The notes under the pieces are model-generated. The model was not told the origin of the DNA. It ran no database searches and was given only the letters and a program-made list of their open reading frames with translations. Shown here piece after piece: positions 13,901 to 21,902 of a DNA stretch of 47,857 nucleotides (its first letter is position 1; every line of letters begins with the position of its first letter). The translations under genes were made by a program, and so were the position numbers. Source of the stretch: Asterionella formosa (Eukaryota); the NCBI GenBank assembly GCA_002256025.1, contig NKIB01014081.1, positions 1 to 47,857 on the forward strand. The letters are read 5' to 3'.

Positions 13901-14626
13901 TTGTGGGTTACTTGTACTACTACTGTTGTTGTTGTTGTTGTTGTTGTTGTTGCTTGTCACAACTAAATCACCAAATACTTGTACATAAGCATTGAGACAT
14001 TCCAGCAATAAATTCCTAAATTGTAAGATTGGATCCGTTCCATCTACAGGTGGTGCGGTCAAAATTTGAAGCTCAGCTTCTTCTGGTTGAGAGTCCTGAA
14101 AGTCTTCTTCCAATTGCATTGACCAATGATTGCGTGCCACAATCCACAATCTTTCTTTCCAATCTTCCTGCTGGTCCTCATCAGTTACGGATGCATCATC
14201 GTCGTCGCCTGCTGCTGCTGGTGGAGCGTCGATTTGCCCTTGTCGTATTTCTTCGTCTTCTTCGTTCTTTTCATCCCCAAGAAAGGCTGCATCATTAGGT
14301 ACGATTGACTGAGGTTCTGTTTCCGACTCTACTTTTCCTAATAGTAGTCCTTCCTCTTGGATAAAAGTCATCCACCAAGGTTGTTGGGTTTCTTCTCGTG
14401 GTTCTTCAGTTGGAATTATAATGCTTTCATTCATTTTTGATGGACTTATCATCATGCGATCGTCTGATAGATATTCATTCTGATCATTGAATCCTGCTGA
14501 TGTTGCTGCTGGTAGGAACGTTTCGTCCTCATTACGGCTCAAGACGGATACGGTATCATCGCCATTGTTGATATATGAGATGGGATGAGAGGGGATGGAA
14601 AACAATTCTCTGTTTAGATCATCCAT
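1904..14626 (-). CDS. Giant tetratricopeptide-repeat protein (kinesin light chain/nephrocystin-3-like TPRs), 4240 aa, single exon
   Basis: Uninterrupted 12.7-kb ORF. Dozens of ~42-aa TPR units such as LGDDHAEVADTLQQMAEVY and YGDDHMDVAQSLFSLGRVY follow an acidic, low-complexity N-terminal ~640 aa that includes poly-Asn. Confidence 0.93.
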   Translation of the reverse strand: MDDLNRELFSIPSHPISYINNGDDTVSVLSRNEDETFLPAATSAGFNDQNEYLSDDRMMISPSKMNESIIIPTEEPREETQQPWWMTFIQEEGLLLGKVESETEPQSIVPNDAAFLGDEKNEEDEEIRQGQIDAPPAAAGDDDDASVTDEDQQEDWKERLWIVARNHWSMQLEEDFQDSQPEEAELQILTAPPVDGTDPILQFRNLLLECLNAYVQVFGDLVVTSNNNNNNNNNSSSTSNPQKKKKTEKEGLTKEAASLSPYVPLKVVRCLFQQVLLDHQMRNSGENSNVFNRSHTSDHDHYSQEFKDPKFFLFAEHVTELLLSTTLDMFRTYTVESLSNEEGPTKRIRTDLISKERQSARDTEQLLYGDMYNTEEKEETKEETKEEVEEEQEVRLRTGITTLIREWVQELELTQQDWRLPFLKEVLLDGLLKDSLSSDRMVALGNIDRRSETSLAYMYSIRYFPHFYLRAAWNPKPDECWEETTFGFLMQYFSDPRLIRNRLVVLGVYNGVMVHLEELNTLFDELHLRTKGSSTIYEDMYRDVHRAIKECLESIFDENMKQADFILDGLEWKASDTIVNPQFSIESDHPQVVSVCLEVGRSFHFQGVTMGRREQERLETIKPEEQPRLLDSTIQTVNFDNDMTDLEVSAYLHARSAYRGALAVLRRAEPAIRTSFRSSLPNQSSASNDQLLGAAAVELDRRHALAMKHIHEARVTIELYLSDTLTTLAYCYDVKLSDHKHALVTYNESLVLYGRHIGKDHPTVIHTLHSVGCIHMELKQWNEANVCFAECLALLKRSTGFDEMKMNEMGTSPIPPLNHSIRPESNAEIATVLKCLGITQMELGECDEGFDSLSKSMDCMMLSLRASGKFPTQNDPDNPNAVNEPIENPFVADAMSRMVDALMLKLSQINSTYARRRLAMLYTGIDQFDLQSIDGPRLTSLQIDRRAIEITREVVALREKILKLPNPSSPNDFTFSIENSSSNLPPWQKLLDYVGDLSKLGKLYFRRCDYSDAIKCWRDAYTFLIQNDDPDSLVYAGLQYPSRALQEAANKQCLTRINIVSELCFLTGVASSRIGENEKAVIYFEHVMNFLEQKRKILDGHDHMRASEDESDVLEMDLGYCEHAIGLAHFYTNKFTPATSHYREALRLFETVAARRKSRQLGEKIRGGLNDDIDSLDDASEPREKRRQLQIEERRSALDVAINGAIASVMLSLGGLYHEQQKADRARRFLEGAIQVLHSVTNETLSGEQERFRGISSITGFSEISLVVSIVRVGDAHRRIALMNLEKHHEEEAKLAFETAMKYLETTNLESRVTLTIDDEKHLESISQLEINVMLMNCYEHMMGILDNSKEQHEYSNSQSSGWFGFGGKSKENLDVLVGTGVTREDLLFRLGNIHAKRKKYDTAIRCFEESKQLTEERLGTSEHNIIGNILFNLGNIYKDIYAAQGEMKKQEAKEKAIEAYDESLRIAKVTSGPNAMAVAEVMESLAALLMEDDDPKNFPDRAYNEEEEATKLLREAISIRTKNRSEMNLSFGRSMHYLGLLCLRQQTRDEIKNVSRRISGSRLDEAISCFSQALRVRKVLLGDHWEVASTSHHLGVALCRKASSLPGKKSALMADALKSLNDSLFVLTLFLERTDRDWNEANENERDITQPESDVTPDIKSIVICSIENLYDIALLHEAQGNYEIERARLLDALSLMNTWTESSKKTNWRQGRNATVRIALDETNVWRAKIYHNLGISWFEVGDYVKAISDFEESLRYRGVDVIETATSDEIFDSFFRQKTTGISKGRVLSPLPNAITMEKLALSYDILGQHDEALRCYAFALRVYGEHYSDESMKVCDVLKRMGKVYQDRHDYKRCVRALQRALHIRDMFDDEDSTPHIDDALVFVELARALMALGAYDQVALDHFYSAVGILEHVNLHLAKNGTQKSAIVPRVIEGGLKSNGDEHGTNELLLECHSSILILIRRQRTDIPDDEDRICEVIHRIGNSQAALGQYEKSLKSLTHVLQFQRSAQGNDRLIVADLLFNLGNIYVEVNQKELARECHQECHEITSEILGKDSIELAENMICLGNIEFLSNNFLLALDWFDDAIRLLRNSKEFEVVAGKVLQRQAVAHDKLGNYDQAIECFGEVLKLGRRIWGVNNIEMSNVLNSLGNVHRNRGELRRALRCYEESLRIRLLSGDQLSVANTKNNIGAIFTSMGQINRARQLYADALRIKTDKLGSKHIETARTLFNLGQLYMADKQYKKALDFFDGSLQIFNLEIGENQNEAASCLCSIGTVYDEMHDEDLALSYFKKALHTIKGQGGSLSVKALALHNVGIILTKRNDFDHAVRIFREALEMKRSQADSEDMSDTQYCLANVLRMTGCISEALELHRAALETRVRYLGTEHIDVANSLFGLAQTLVDSNCHSDALDILEECRRIRVGALGEKGDEVADTAFLLGIVLREAGNIGDALKCLKEAHNVKMSTRGKDSMEVADISFKIAIVMCELGNYDEAMNYNKMSLQVRIEVLGDNHPEVGSSMENMGIIYQKLGYPQMALDHFQHALEIKRVSMGDQHEDISNIVHAMAVSYTELDKCDVALRMFEDALRRKKITHSDIKRTLVDQGQAFERINAIERALMCYEEAIDTDSFEDNSWEIGRVFMQMGICHFKLRKSEDAWDCLTEAARVFELVERKLKRIKSPQITMRSDRDLRDLIRCYECMLRLSEINSTRYNIDKSLVLPKVAQVLVEIKQYKQAAVFYRDAIGIQKSLPGDTRFVVAINLHNLGNCLHQLGDFNEARICLEDALGSLQEIQGIEGKHVADTYHSLGFVLQSKSDLQESLSCYSNALKSRGRNVDSKFHVVSTLSNIGEVLRLLGMYDSSIKSCKDALGLIDSKDTSNFPVVSQIVECIGMTHRDRFEYEKALRCFHECLKQRRDAGETKNELSIARTLHQIGLILQLRGEKEKCEEIFKESLEIIERKVHLPRLVDADAKTRLNTLKEVLKEFIEEQHEKNPIEAAESLSTLGSLLDLTDRTDEGILCNEITIKFMEEALGSDHLMLATVKHRMGGVRFRLGEFDRSISRLREALLVRRAKLGDTHILTEETLKALASAYVATGNNEMALFYFKEALSMRKDRSIGQTDKDSEADLQLRLGKLHLEQYEYAEALACLKNSLKLQRQSRLSMNERKLGDILQCMGSSLLELKQFQEARVSLLSALKILERSSGDGSEMLNTTYLLGRVNEDEKSYDKAIIWFDKSLGILNRMDVKDQKMNARITFRIGMVKFGVKEYDDALSFVEEAKIILAMEFGTSHYEYGRCLHSLGRIHFAMSKFSQSKESFQAALQILQQHTKPNDVELGDLLYRLGACLYELQQYQEAYSCLGESLQIGLVHADEDSYELGDIQRYLGHVEYNLGKLRPAMEHFQNAIRIGLQAPEHRSDRTDCEVLLPCFAACIEMAKSNQNQERLAKLYHQQGSVLSRLQMFKKAMNSFFESIQCYKMLHGENHLSVANALFNVGVCLKETGDTDRAMKCFGRALAITKSQLGDDHAEVADTLQQMAEVYRMKGDVRGALKWCEQSLQIRRYTEDVQLAALLNFTGELCIQCHDSDEAERSFRECVRIRRKVYGDDHMDVAQSLFSLGRVYETSRKDHTLALRCYEESLRIHKTTQDDDDLDTARIYLHLGNVHSYLHNDAKAAFCFTQATAICSQHDDPDNEVVEDAVVGQGHAMIAQGKFEEALLQYERARGMRINRSTDERQESKELADLSLYEAEAFEKLGKYQEALHCLDTALEMYSTTVGIEHLSTSNALQRLAELHLDMDHRDEALSVAQQALQIRKSLLGMNNEATGESYFIIGKIFFVRNEFETALPCLDSAFEIFRKRRGINDLRVANTMYYIGCIKQAWRHWREAIENFQGALPARQKCLGRDHLLVADVLYKLGTLHIRCDEWDLGSDCFSECLRIRRLVRGPDHIEVADTLFQLAGCLKYADSNKGKLDPAQCYADAIRVYREIYGENDVSVGKCLAKLGAILDAKKEPKKAGGCYERAVNIFAFQLRDDLTREEIHNLALEDEYESYAGALFDYGTFLDGTGSDGSAMKTYRQALKFYQILRGRDHEIIGITLCRIATILGRQKRFTEAMQLYGEVLKRRLSDLGDTHPLVADVYYGICVLLDHKRDYPAAIASIEKCLRIRRATLGAWSEPVAEALTMMGIILKNRADFKGALESWEEALAVYKKAGVPDDCEKVISVLKLEGIARTMMESVGA
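13924..13952. repeat. (TTG)n microsatellite encoding poly-Asn in the TPR gene
   Basis: tgttgttgttgttgttgttgttgttgttg; the protein reads SNNNNNNNNNSSS. Confidence 0.9.
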
Positions 14627-14849
14627 AATAATAATTATTATAATGATCCTCGCTCCTGCTCTGTGTGATACTCATGTATAATTATTTGGTATGATGTGGT
14701 GAACTCTTTGAGCACCCACAGACAATAGCGGAGCAATTAAATGATGAGGATTACCTATGAGAGGAATGGAAATACAACCGGCAAGTAACAATCCGACACT
14801 GTGAAAACGCAGACATCATGATAGAAAGACTGTCGTTAGATCATTTTAC

Positions 14850-15735
14850 GTGACCTGGTGGAGTACCTGGGTACTGGTACCTGGTACCAGTACTCATCCA
14901 CATCTGGTACCGTTGGTACCATCGACCCTATGACACACCTAGTACCTGGTATGTAGTCTAGGAGCAATAGGTTCACTATACATAGGATGACTAACAGGTA
15001 CTCCACCTGGTACCAGGGTACCAGGTACCGGTAACAAACACAAGTTGCGGTCATTTTGCTGCACGGACAACATGACGCCGGACAGGCATAAACAGTCATC
15101 ATACACCCTTTAGAACGTCATCAAATTCACCACTAACCGGTGAAGGAAATCGTCTACCTGGTACCAGGTACCGGTATGTACCGGTAGCCATATCTGTAGT
15201 CTTCGCACATGCAAAATGGACAAGACATTTATCTACCGGTATACAAAATGCATAAAATATGTTAAAGAAAGCAACGACAAGGAACTGAGGAGGCTTTGGT
15301 TGGGGTCTCCAACCCCTCATTCGTATATATTTCGTAAAGAACTTAGAAAATGTGGAGTACCGGTACTCAGAGTATTACATACCGGCATTATCTATATAGC
15401 TGCATGTTCTTATGACATGGCTGATGGCTGTAAACACCGTGTACATCATCATATATCTATTATTTACCAGTAGACTTCCGGTACCAGGTATATGTATGCC
15501 AGCATGCAGTAACCGTCGACAATACCGGTATTCATATATTTATAGCCGATCGCCCTGGTTTGTATAAAAATATATATTTAGTTTTTACTGACAGACTTAA
15601 AATCTATGTACGTATTATTTTACTGCCGATACTACATACCGGTTGTAGATATATAGTGTCGAAGCATATGTACCCCGTAAAGAATATGATATACCGCCCA
15701 TCAGTGTGCGTATGTACCAGGTACCAGTACCGGGT
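14850..15735. promoter_or_regulatory. Divergent intergenic/promoter region of the TPR and ATG14-like genes, dense in GTAC/GGTACC/ACCGGT palindromes
   Basis: Lies between two head-to-head starts (14626 minus, 15928 plus). Repeated cctggtaccaggtaccggta units occur at 14860-14920, 15000-15032, 15155-15186, 15477-15490 and 15714-15735. Confidence 0.6.
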
Positions 15736-15927
15736 ATGTGATGCGCCAAGCATCAAGGAAAGAATTCTGTGAACACCATTTGTTGACAAAAAAGAGAATA
15801 ATCAAGGAACCTCTAATATCTTGTCATTCAGAATCCCTCCTCCTTCGCCTGCCTTGCAATATAGCTTCGACATTCGCCTCATTGCATTTCAGACTCCGGA
15901 TCCATCAAACTTTCATCAGTAATCGTA

Positions 15928-17094
15928 ATGTCCGCCACAATGCATCAGCAACTAGCCGCAAGAGCGTCGCTCGACTGCCTCTGCCGTGCCAAGACATTGT
16001 CGCCTGTTCTCTGCCCCTCATGTGTTCGGAACTCGTTGCAAGGCTTGCTGGAGCAGCGACGAATTGCTTTGGAAGAACGCAATAGGGCAAGAGAAACGTG
16101 CGCAGATTGCTTACGCCAGCTTCAGCAAGAGCCATCCTTATCCGAACTCGCGTACGAATCACAAACCCTCCGGGAGGAACTTGGTAGACTCCGTCACGAC
16201 TGTGGCTCCCTGGCTGTACAAGTTGCAGCGCAAATTGTCAAAAATGAGGAGCGAAGGTCAAATGCCCCAGAGGACCGTCTTGACAGTCGTGTCAAACTAC
16301 ATAAGCTCCAAGAGTCGCTCGTGCAATCCGCCATGCCCCTGGCTCTTCAAGAAGCGCAGACTGTGATCCGAATCAGACGATTTCAACTTGCCATTCAAGC
16401 ATTTGAGATGCACAAATTACAAGTTGGGGAAGAGGAGAGCGATTCGTTTAGACATAGGCATGCTCGTGGAATTGGTAAATTGGGTGGGCTCCCCCTCCCT
16501 CATGCTGGGCCTGAACTATATGGTGTTTTGCCCCCGCAAGAACTATCCTCGGCTCTTCGGTTGGTTGCTTCACTTACTTTGATCGTTTCGCAATGTTTGG
16601 GAATTGTTCTGCCACATCCTATTTTGTTACAACGCGGAAAGTCAAAGGTAGCAGGCGATATCATAGAGACATGTGCTGTACGACCCTCGGATTCAGATTC
16701 GGACTCAACACATGGGGATCCATCACCTAATACACTCATGTCCTCCATAACATCGCTATGGACCAAAAAACATTCTGCAAACACTCCGACATTGACAATG
16801 GACGATCACATGCCTCTAGACCGTCATGCCGTCGCAGAACGTCTCCAGCATGCCCAATATGCTGTCCTATCAGAAAACGAGTCTCCTAGCTCATGTAATT
16901 ATGTACTCACCACGGCGAATGCAAACACTCCGGAGGCGTTTGCTATTGGATTGCAGCTATTGCAAAATGATGTTGTTGCGCTGTGTATACGAGCTGGAGT
17001 TTCAATTGAAGACTTGTGGCCAGCTGAAGTTCTGTTGTTGAATCTACATGCCTTGTGGAAGTTTTGCTTGAAGCAAGCAAAAGGGATTGTTTAA
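15928..17094 (+). CDS. ATG14/UVRAG(VPS38)-like subunit of the class III PI3-kinase complex
   Basis: N-terminal Cys motif (CLC...CPSC) and a long coiled coil, followed by GKLGGLPLP...ELSSALRLVASLTLIVSQCLGIVLPHPI and AFAIGLQLLQNDVVALC, matching the ATG14/UVRAG family C-terminal domain. Confidence 0.72.
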   Translation: MSATMHQQLAARASLDCLCRAKTLSPVLCPSCVRNSLQGLLEQRRIALEERNRARETCADCLRQLQQEPSLSELAYESQTLREELGRLRHDCGSLAVQVAAQIVKNEERRSNAPEDRLDSRVKLHKLQESLVQSAMPLALQEAQTVIRIRRFQLAIQAFEMHKLQVGEEESDSFRHRHARGIGKLGGLPLPHAGPELYGVLPPQELSSALRLVASLTLIVSQCLGIVLPHPILLQRGKSKVAGDIIETCAVRPSDSDSDSTHGDPSPNTLMSSITSLWTKKHSANTPTLTMDDHMPLDRHAVAERLQHAQYAVLSENESPSSCNYVLTTANANTPEAFAIGLQLLQNDVVALCIRAGVSIEDLWPAEVLLLNLHALWKFCLKQAKGIV

Positions 17095-17736
17095 TGATAA
17101 CTTTTTTAAATTTCCGAGGCATTTTTACGCTGGACACTTAAAAGTGTTGGTTGGAGGTGGTCAACCTGAAGCTCCTATCTCCATTTAGTTTTTATGGGAC
17201 CTTATTTTGGATCGAGCAGATATTATTGGAATGCCCTCAATCACCCCCATCATGAGAAAATGATCATGTGACAAACAAGCAATCGTTTTGGCCCTATGAA
17301 ATACCGGTAGAGCGATGGAATTTATAAATAGCCTACCAGTATACTACCATGTACCGTAATTTGAATTACCACGAGTACTACATACTGGTGTCCATACCGC
17401 AGTACATGCATACTACCGGTGCCCGGTGGACTTTTTGTGTCCATAATATTTTGAGCAAAACCAGCATGATCCCTACTTATGTATGTACATGCGACCGGTA
17501 CCTGGTAACTGATACACGAAACTCTAAGATACACTATATGCAATGCAATTCCTCGGTAGCAACCTTATGATGTATGTACTCCGTATACGCGTACATGTAT
17601 ATTTACCAGTAAAGATAAATGCATAAAACAAAAATATGCATAAAACAAAAATGTGCATACCGGTAAGTAAAATGGACGCAAAACATTTTGTTGTAAACTC
17701 GTTCATGTGAGATGTAGGGTTGGGTTTGTTGAAAAA

Positions 17737-17783
17737 TGGCGACCTGATGACTGTGGGACTTGGCGACCTGATGACTGTGGGAC
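17737..17783. repeat. 24-bp tandem duplication
   Basis: tggcgacctgatgactgtgggac(t) occurs twice. A nearby duplication of atgcataaaacaaaaat sits at 17619-17652. Confidence 0.9.
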
Positions 17784-18281
17784 AGGAACTCCGGGTACCG
17801 ATACTGGCACACTAGTTACAAGGAGAGAAGATTCGACAGTACCACTTACTTGGTCTGAGGTGGTGCGTAGAGGTACACCAACCATACAGAAGTAGATAAG
17901 ACTTGTTTCAAGATCATCATCTCGAAACAATCCAGTTAGTAAGAACGAAGTTTGATCCGACTTTCTTCTTACCTTCAACTCAATCAAATATAACCGATTC
18001 TTGAAACAATCATAGGTTCAGGGCCTATGGTATGTCGGGGAAAATAGATTTTGCAACAGGGTTCGTCGGGAAAAGGGACAACAAAAGCAACGGCCGACAG
18101 TTCCAATAAAGGTGATGATGTGAAGAGTAGGCTTGTTGCTTCACAAAAAAATACATGCAGAATTTGCTTCCGCTGACATAAAGTTGCTGTTGCCTCAATA
18201 GTAGTGACTTTTCATATTTGCAGAAGCTTAACGATAGGAACTATTTGGGAGAAAAGAAGCAACATTCGAAGAAAACTAACC

Positions 18282-19454
18282 ATGTCAGAATTAGGAAGAG
18301 TGAGACTACTCCATGCCACCAGAATACGTGTTCAGTCGATGTGGCTGCCCATTATTGTTATCGTTATATATTTGATCACTCGGGTGGCGAATGGGGAGTG
18401 CTATCAAGGAATAGCAAACGGATGGCTGACTACAAATAATATTCCCTACAACAAGCCAGCATTTCTGACTTGGTTTTCCTACTGCTTCATGTTGTTAAGT
18501 CTCCTGATACTGTACCCGTACGTCCAATGGTATACAGACGATTCGTTTCGTTATTTTTTATTTTGCACATGGCCTGGAAAGTTAGGCTTTCGAAATGCCT
18601 TTTGCAGTTGCCTTGCCATGATGTATTTGTTGATTGTTATCAACATTCTGTGGGTCTTTGGACTCGACAGGATATCCGTTTCAATCGCCAATGCTGTTAT
18701 ACAAATTCAAACAGGCATGACTGTTGCACTCTCGGTTTGGATACTTGGAGATAGATTTGTTTTCTCACAAGGACTTGGAATAGTAGTTTCTCTTTTTGGA
18801 GTGCTTTTGATTGTTGTAACGCCCCTATATAACAAGGGGGCAGACCACGGTGAGAACCACACCAGTGGAAGTGAATTGATTGGTATTTTCTTGATCATTG
18901 CTTCCTCTCTACTATGGGCTGGATATCAACTATCATGGCGCATCTTGTCGGAAACCAAGAATTATGGGAAACTGACAAGGGTGGACGGGCTGATTGACAC
19001 ACTGGCATCAGTTGCAGTCATGGGGTTCTGCAATCTAGTCCTTGGATGGCCTGCTATTGTTCTATTCCATTGGACGGGACTAGAAACATTTGAATACCCA
19101 TCTATATGGATGGCATTGACTCTCAATGGCTTGGTAGAATACTCATGTGATGTTTCATGTGCGTTTGCCATCTTTTTGACGTCGCCAGTAGTTACTGCCA
19201 TCACAGCACCCCTTACGATTCCAATATCCCTTATATGGGACAGTTTCATGTACAAGGAACCTTTCCATGTTGGGACGACGCAGATATATGGTGTTTTGTT
19301 TGTTTTGTTAGGGGTTACATTGGTTGAATTGAAACCAACGCGTTGGGAAAATTTCTGCGCTGCAGGAGATGATGAGAACCGAGTCCTCCTCCAAGCGAAT
19401 GATGAGACTGGCACTGTGACTACTTTTGAAGCCATCCCGCATCAGATGACTTGA
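18282..19454 (+). CDS. EamA/DMT-superfamily membrane transporter (SLC35F-like), ~10 TM helices
   Basis: Hydrophobic helices with YNKPAFLTWFSY, GLDRISVSIANAV, LSVWILGDRF and LTSPVVTAITAPLTIPISLIWD, all typical of SLC35F/EamA. The first ATG is at 18282; the ORF track opens at an upstream GTG. Confidence 0.85.
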   Translation: MSELGRVRLLHATRIRVQSMWLPIIVIVIYLITRVANGECYQGIANGWLTTNNIPYNKPAFLTWFSYCFMLLSLLILYPYVQWYTDDSFRYFLFCTWPGKLGFRNAFCSCLAMMYLLIVINILWVFGLDRISVSIANAVIQIQTGMTVALSVWILGDRFVFSQGLGIVVSLFGVLLIVVTPLYNKGADHGENHTSGSELIGIFLIIASSLLWAGYQLSWRILSETKNYGKLTRVDGLIDTLASVAVMGFCNLVLGWPAIVLFHWTGLETFEYPSIWMALTLNGLVEYSCDVSCAFAIFLTSPVVTAITAPLTIPISLIWDSFMYKEPFHVGTTQIYGVLFVLLGVTLVELKPTRWENFCAAGDDENRVLLQANDETGTVTTFEAIPHQMT

Positions 19455-19835
19455 CTCAAGTAGCAGCATAGCATTTTGATTCTAAAAAATATATATAAAT
19501 ATGTAATTTTACTGTTGAGCATCAGCATACTGAACATTAAAATCCCCGCTAGAATCATGAAATGAATGTATTACTTCAGATTCAGTGTTCGGCATTCCCG
19601 TTTGTATTGAGGAAAGTGAAATTGTTTCCCGTTCGTGTAAGGTCTAAGATTAGATTTACAGAGAAGCTATGATTATTGTTGTCCTTATGTTTTAATCGTT
19701 TTACAATATTGTATTAGTCTGTTGCTGGATTGATGAATTGGATTGAAGCAAGTGCAAGGAGCTACCATTGGCATAATACATGCTGAGAGTTTTATCTAAA
19801 AAAAAGGCATAATAGGGGATTTGTTTGACACAAAC

Positions 19836-20864
19836 CTATATTACAAACGTTCCATGTTGAACATCCACCAGAAACAACCCCTGTGCCGGTGCCATCAAGG
19901 GAGCGTCCCTTCGACACTTTTGCTCTAAAATATCCTTGACCATATTAAAATCTAATTTTCCCTTCCCAACGGTAACCAAACAACCCACCATGTTCCGAAC
20001 TTGACGATAAAGGAAGGAGTTTCCGGTAATAGTAATTGTCACCAGCTGTGTGGATGATAATGATGACGAAAAAAACGCAGTTGATGATCCCAGTGGATTG
20101 TAGGGCTGAGACTCAATGAGAATATTGTCAACAGTCACCTCAGGAGAAGACCGCTCACATCCAGTTGTTTGAAAGCTAGAAAAATCGTGACGACCCACCA
20201 AATGTTTGGCAGCATTTTTCATGTCGGTTACATTCAAAGGACTGTACAAGGTCCAGGCTATATCACAATCAAATGGCATCCCGAAGGTACCATATTGAGG
20301 CAGCAGTAGAATGCGATACACATAGGTTCGTCGAGTTGCACTGAAACGAGCATTCCAATCAACAAACTCTGGTTGTTCCGGAAAGACAAGAGAGTAAGGA
20401 TTGTACATGCTGTCTGGAGCGAATCTCGCGTTCAGCAATCGAATTTGCGTCATGGGTGGAGGTGTAAATTTCCTCTTCCTTCTGGTGGTGCAATCCTGGT
20501 GCTCCAGGAGCGCCAAGTAACGATTAACACCTCGCAAAAGTATCATGGGATCAAAATGTTTTTGATGAGGGGTAGTGTAATGAGGTCTGACATCAACATG
20601 AAGGGTATTCTTGAGTGCATGCACGCCTCTGTCAGTCCTTGAGGAGACTTGAATATTCTCAAAGCACTCGTCGTTCCCCAGGAATCGACCCAGCGCCTGT
20701 CTTAGCCGACCCTCCACCGAATGAAGGCCACGCAAGTCAATGCCGCTTAGAATTTCATTTTCTCCGCGTCCCTGGTAGCTAAATCCTATGAGCGAGCCTC
20801 CATGGTACTGTACAGAGAGCGCATAGCGTCGAAATCCTTCTGACTTTCGAACGGAGGATGCCAT
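19836..20864 (-). CDS. truA: tRNA pseudouridine synthase A family (TruA-like)
   Basis: RYALSVQYHG, catalytic SSRTDRGVHA, NARFSATRRTYVYRI, GRHDFSSF, GNSFLYRQVRNMVG and APAQGLFL. Confidence 0.93.
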   Translation of the reverse strand: MASSVRKSEGFRRYALSVQYHGGSLIGFSYQGRGENEILSGIDLRGLHSVEGRLRQALGRFLGNDECFENIQVSSRTDRGVHALKNTLHVDVRPHYTTPHQKHFDPMILLRGVNRYLALLEHQDCTTRRKRKFTPPPMTQIRLLNARFAPDSMYNPYSLVFPEQPEFVDWNARFSATRRTYVYRILLLPQYGTFGMPFDCDIAWTLYSPLNVTDMKNAAKHLVGRHDFSSFQTTGCERSSPEVTVDNILIESQPYNPLGSSTAFFSSSLSSTQLVTITITGNSFLYRQVRNMVGCLVTVGKGKLDFNMVKDILEQKCRRDAPLMAPAQGLFLVDVQHGTFVI

Positions 20865-21769
20865 GAGCAGAGAAATACATAATTACATCTGCTGTTATGA
20901 TGATTATTTATGCACGCCGGAATGTTGTGTTGTCCTCTGACTACTCCTACATATTAATTATAGAAAGTTCTTGCGGCCTTGGCTTATATATGTAAACGCT
21001 AGTACCGGTAGTTTGGTGGAAAACATCGTTAGTAGTGGTTGAAAAAAGGACATGGAGGAACAGGAGCAAGGAGTTTGTTTCTGTTGAATATTTCGATTTA
21101 CCGGTAATTTATAATCGGCACCAGATTGATAAAATTCCATTTCAAACAAAGAAGAATAAGATTTACCGGTACCTACACGTTTGGTAGTTTTATCAGAAAT
21201 TCTTTTTATCCTCACCAGCGATGCTCTTGGATTGAGATCGCCACGCCTCGACAAGACCTTATTAGCCAATAAAGGTTGGGGTCATTCCAACTCACGATGC
21301 TTTACATGGATCGAAAAGGCACAAATAAATTAGCTACCCCGCAGAATCAACCAAGACCACAAAATTTGCTTTTGTCAATGTCGAGAATGACCCCATTAGC
21401 GCATTGCCAGCGCATCGACCAAATTACAAAGCCTATAAAACTGAAATTATCAATTAACGCCCGTCCCTTGGTCGATAATGTTTTTTATAAATATCTGTAT
21501 GTAGATCCTAAAATGACCAAAGTTTTTCCTAGTTTATGTATGTAGGGTGACACTGTCTTAAATATGTGTATCGCTGCTTGCATAAACTAGAGTACCGGTA
21601 CATACACAATTGATGTAGGATGGACTTCTACTGTATTCCGTTCTACATAATTATCAATTATTGCTGGGCGCAATTTCTGGGGCCACGAAATATTACCCCG
21701 TTTACCAGTGCCTGGTAGTAGCAAAAACCCTGACCCTACTGGATATAATATAATGAGATTTAAAACCCT

Positions 21770-21902
21770 TGTCAAAATCACATTGACCATGATGGTTTTA
21801 TTCTGTTGGTTTGCTCAACAACAGAACAACCTCCCATGTCAAAATCACATTGACTATGTTGGTATTATTCTGTTGATTTGCTCAGCAACAGAACAACCTC
21901 CC
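21770..21902. repeat. 67-bp tandem duplication, each unit containing an 8-bp hairpin stem
   Basis: tgtcaaaatcacattgac...ttctgttg(N10)caacagaacaacctccc starts at 21770 and 21837, with few substitutions. Confidence 0.85.

Noticed and set aside
1929..14312. Many 60-140-aa ORFs overlapping the TPR gene on both strands
   Set aside because: Shadow ORFs of a long coding sequence with no recognisable motifs.
18204..18281. Upstream GTG start of the transporter
   Set aside because: Eukaryotic gene; the first in-frame ATG is at 18282.
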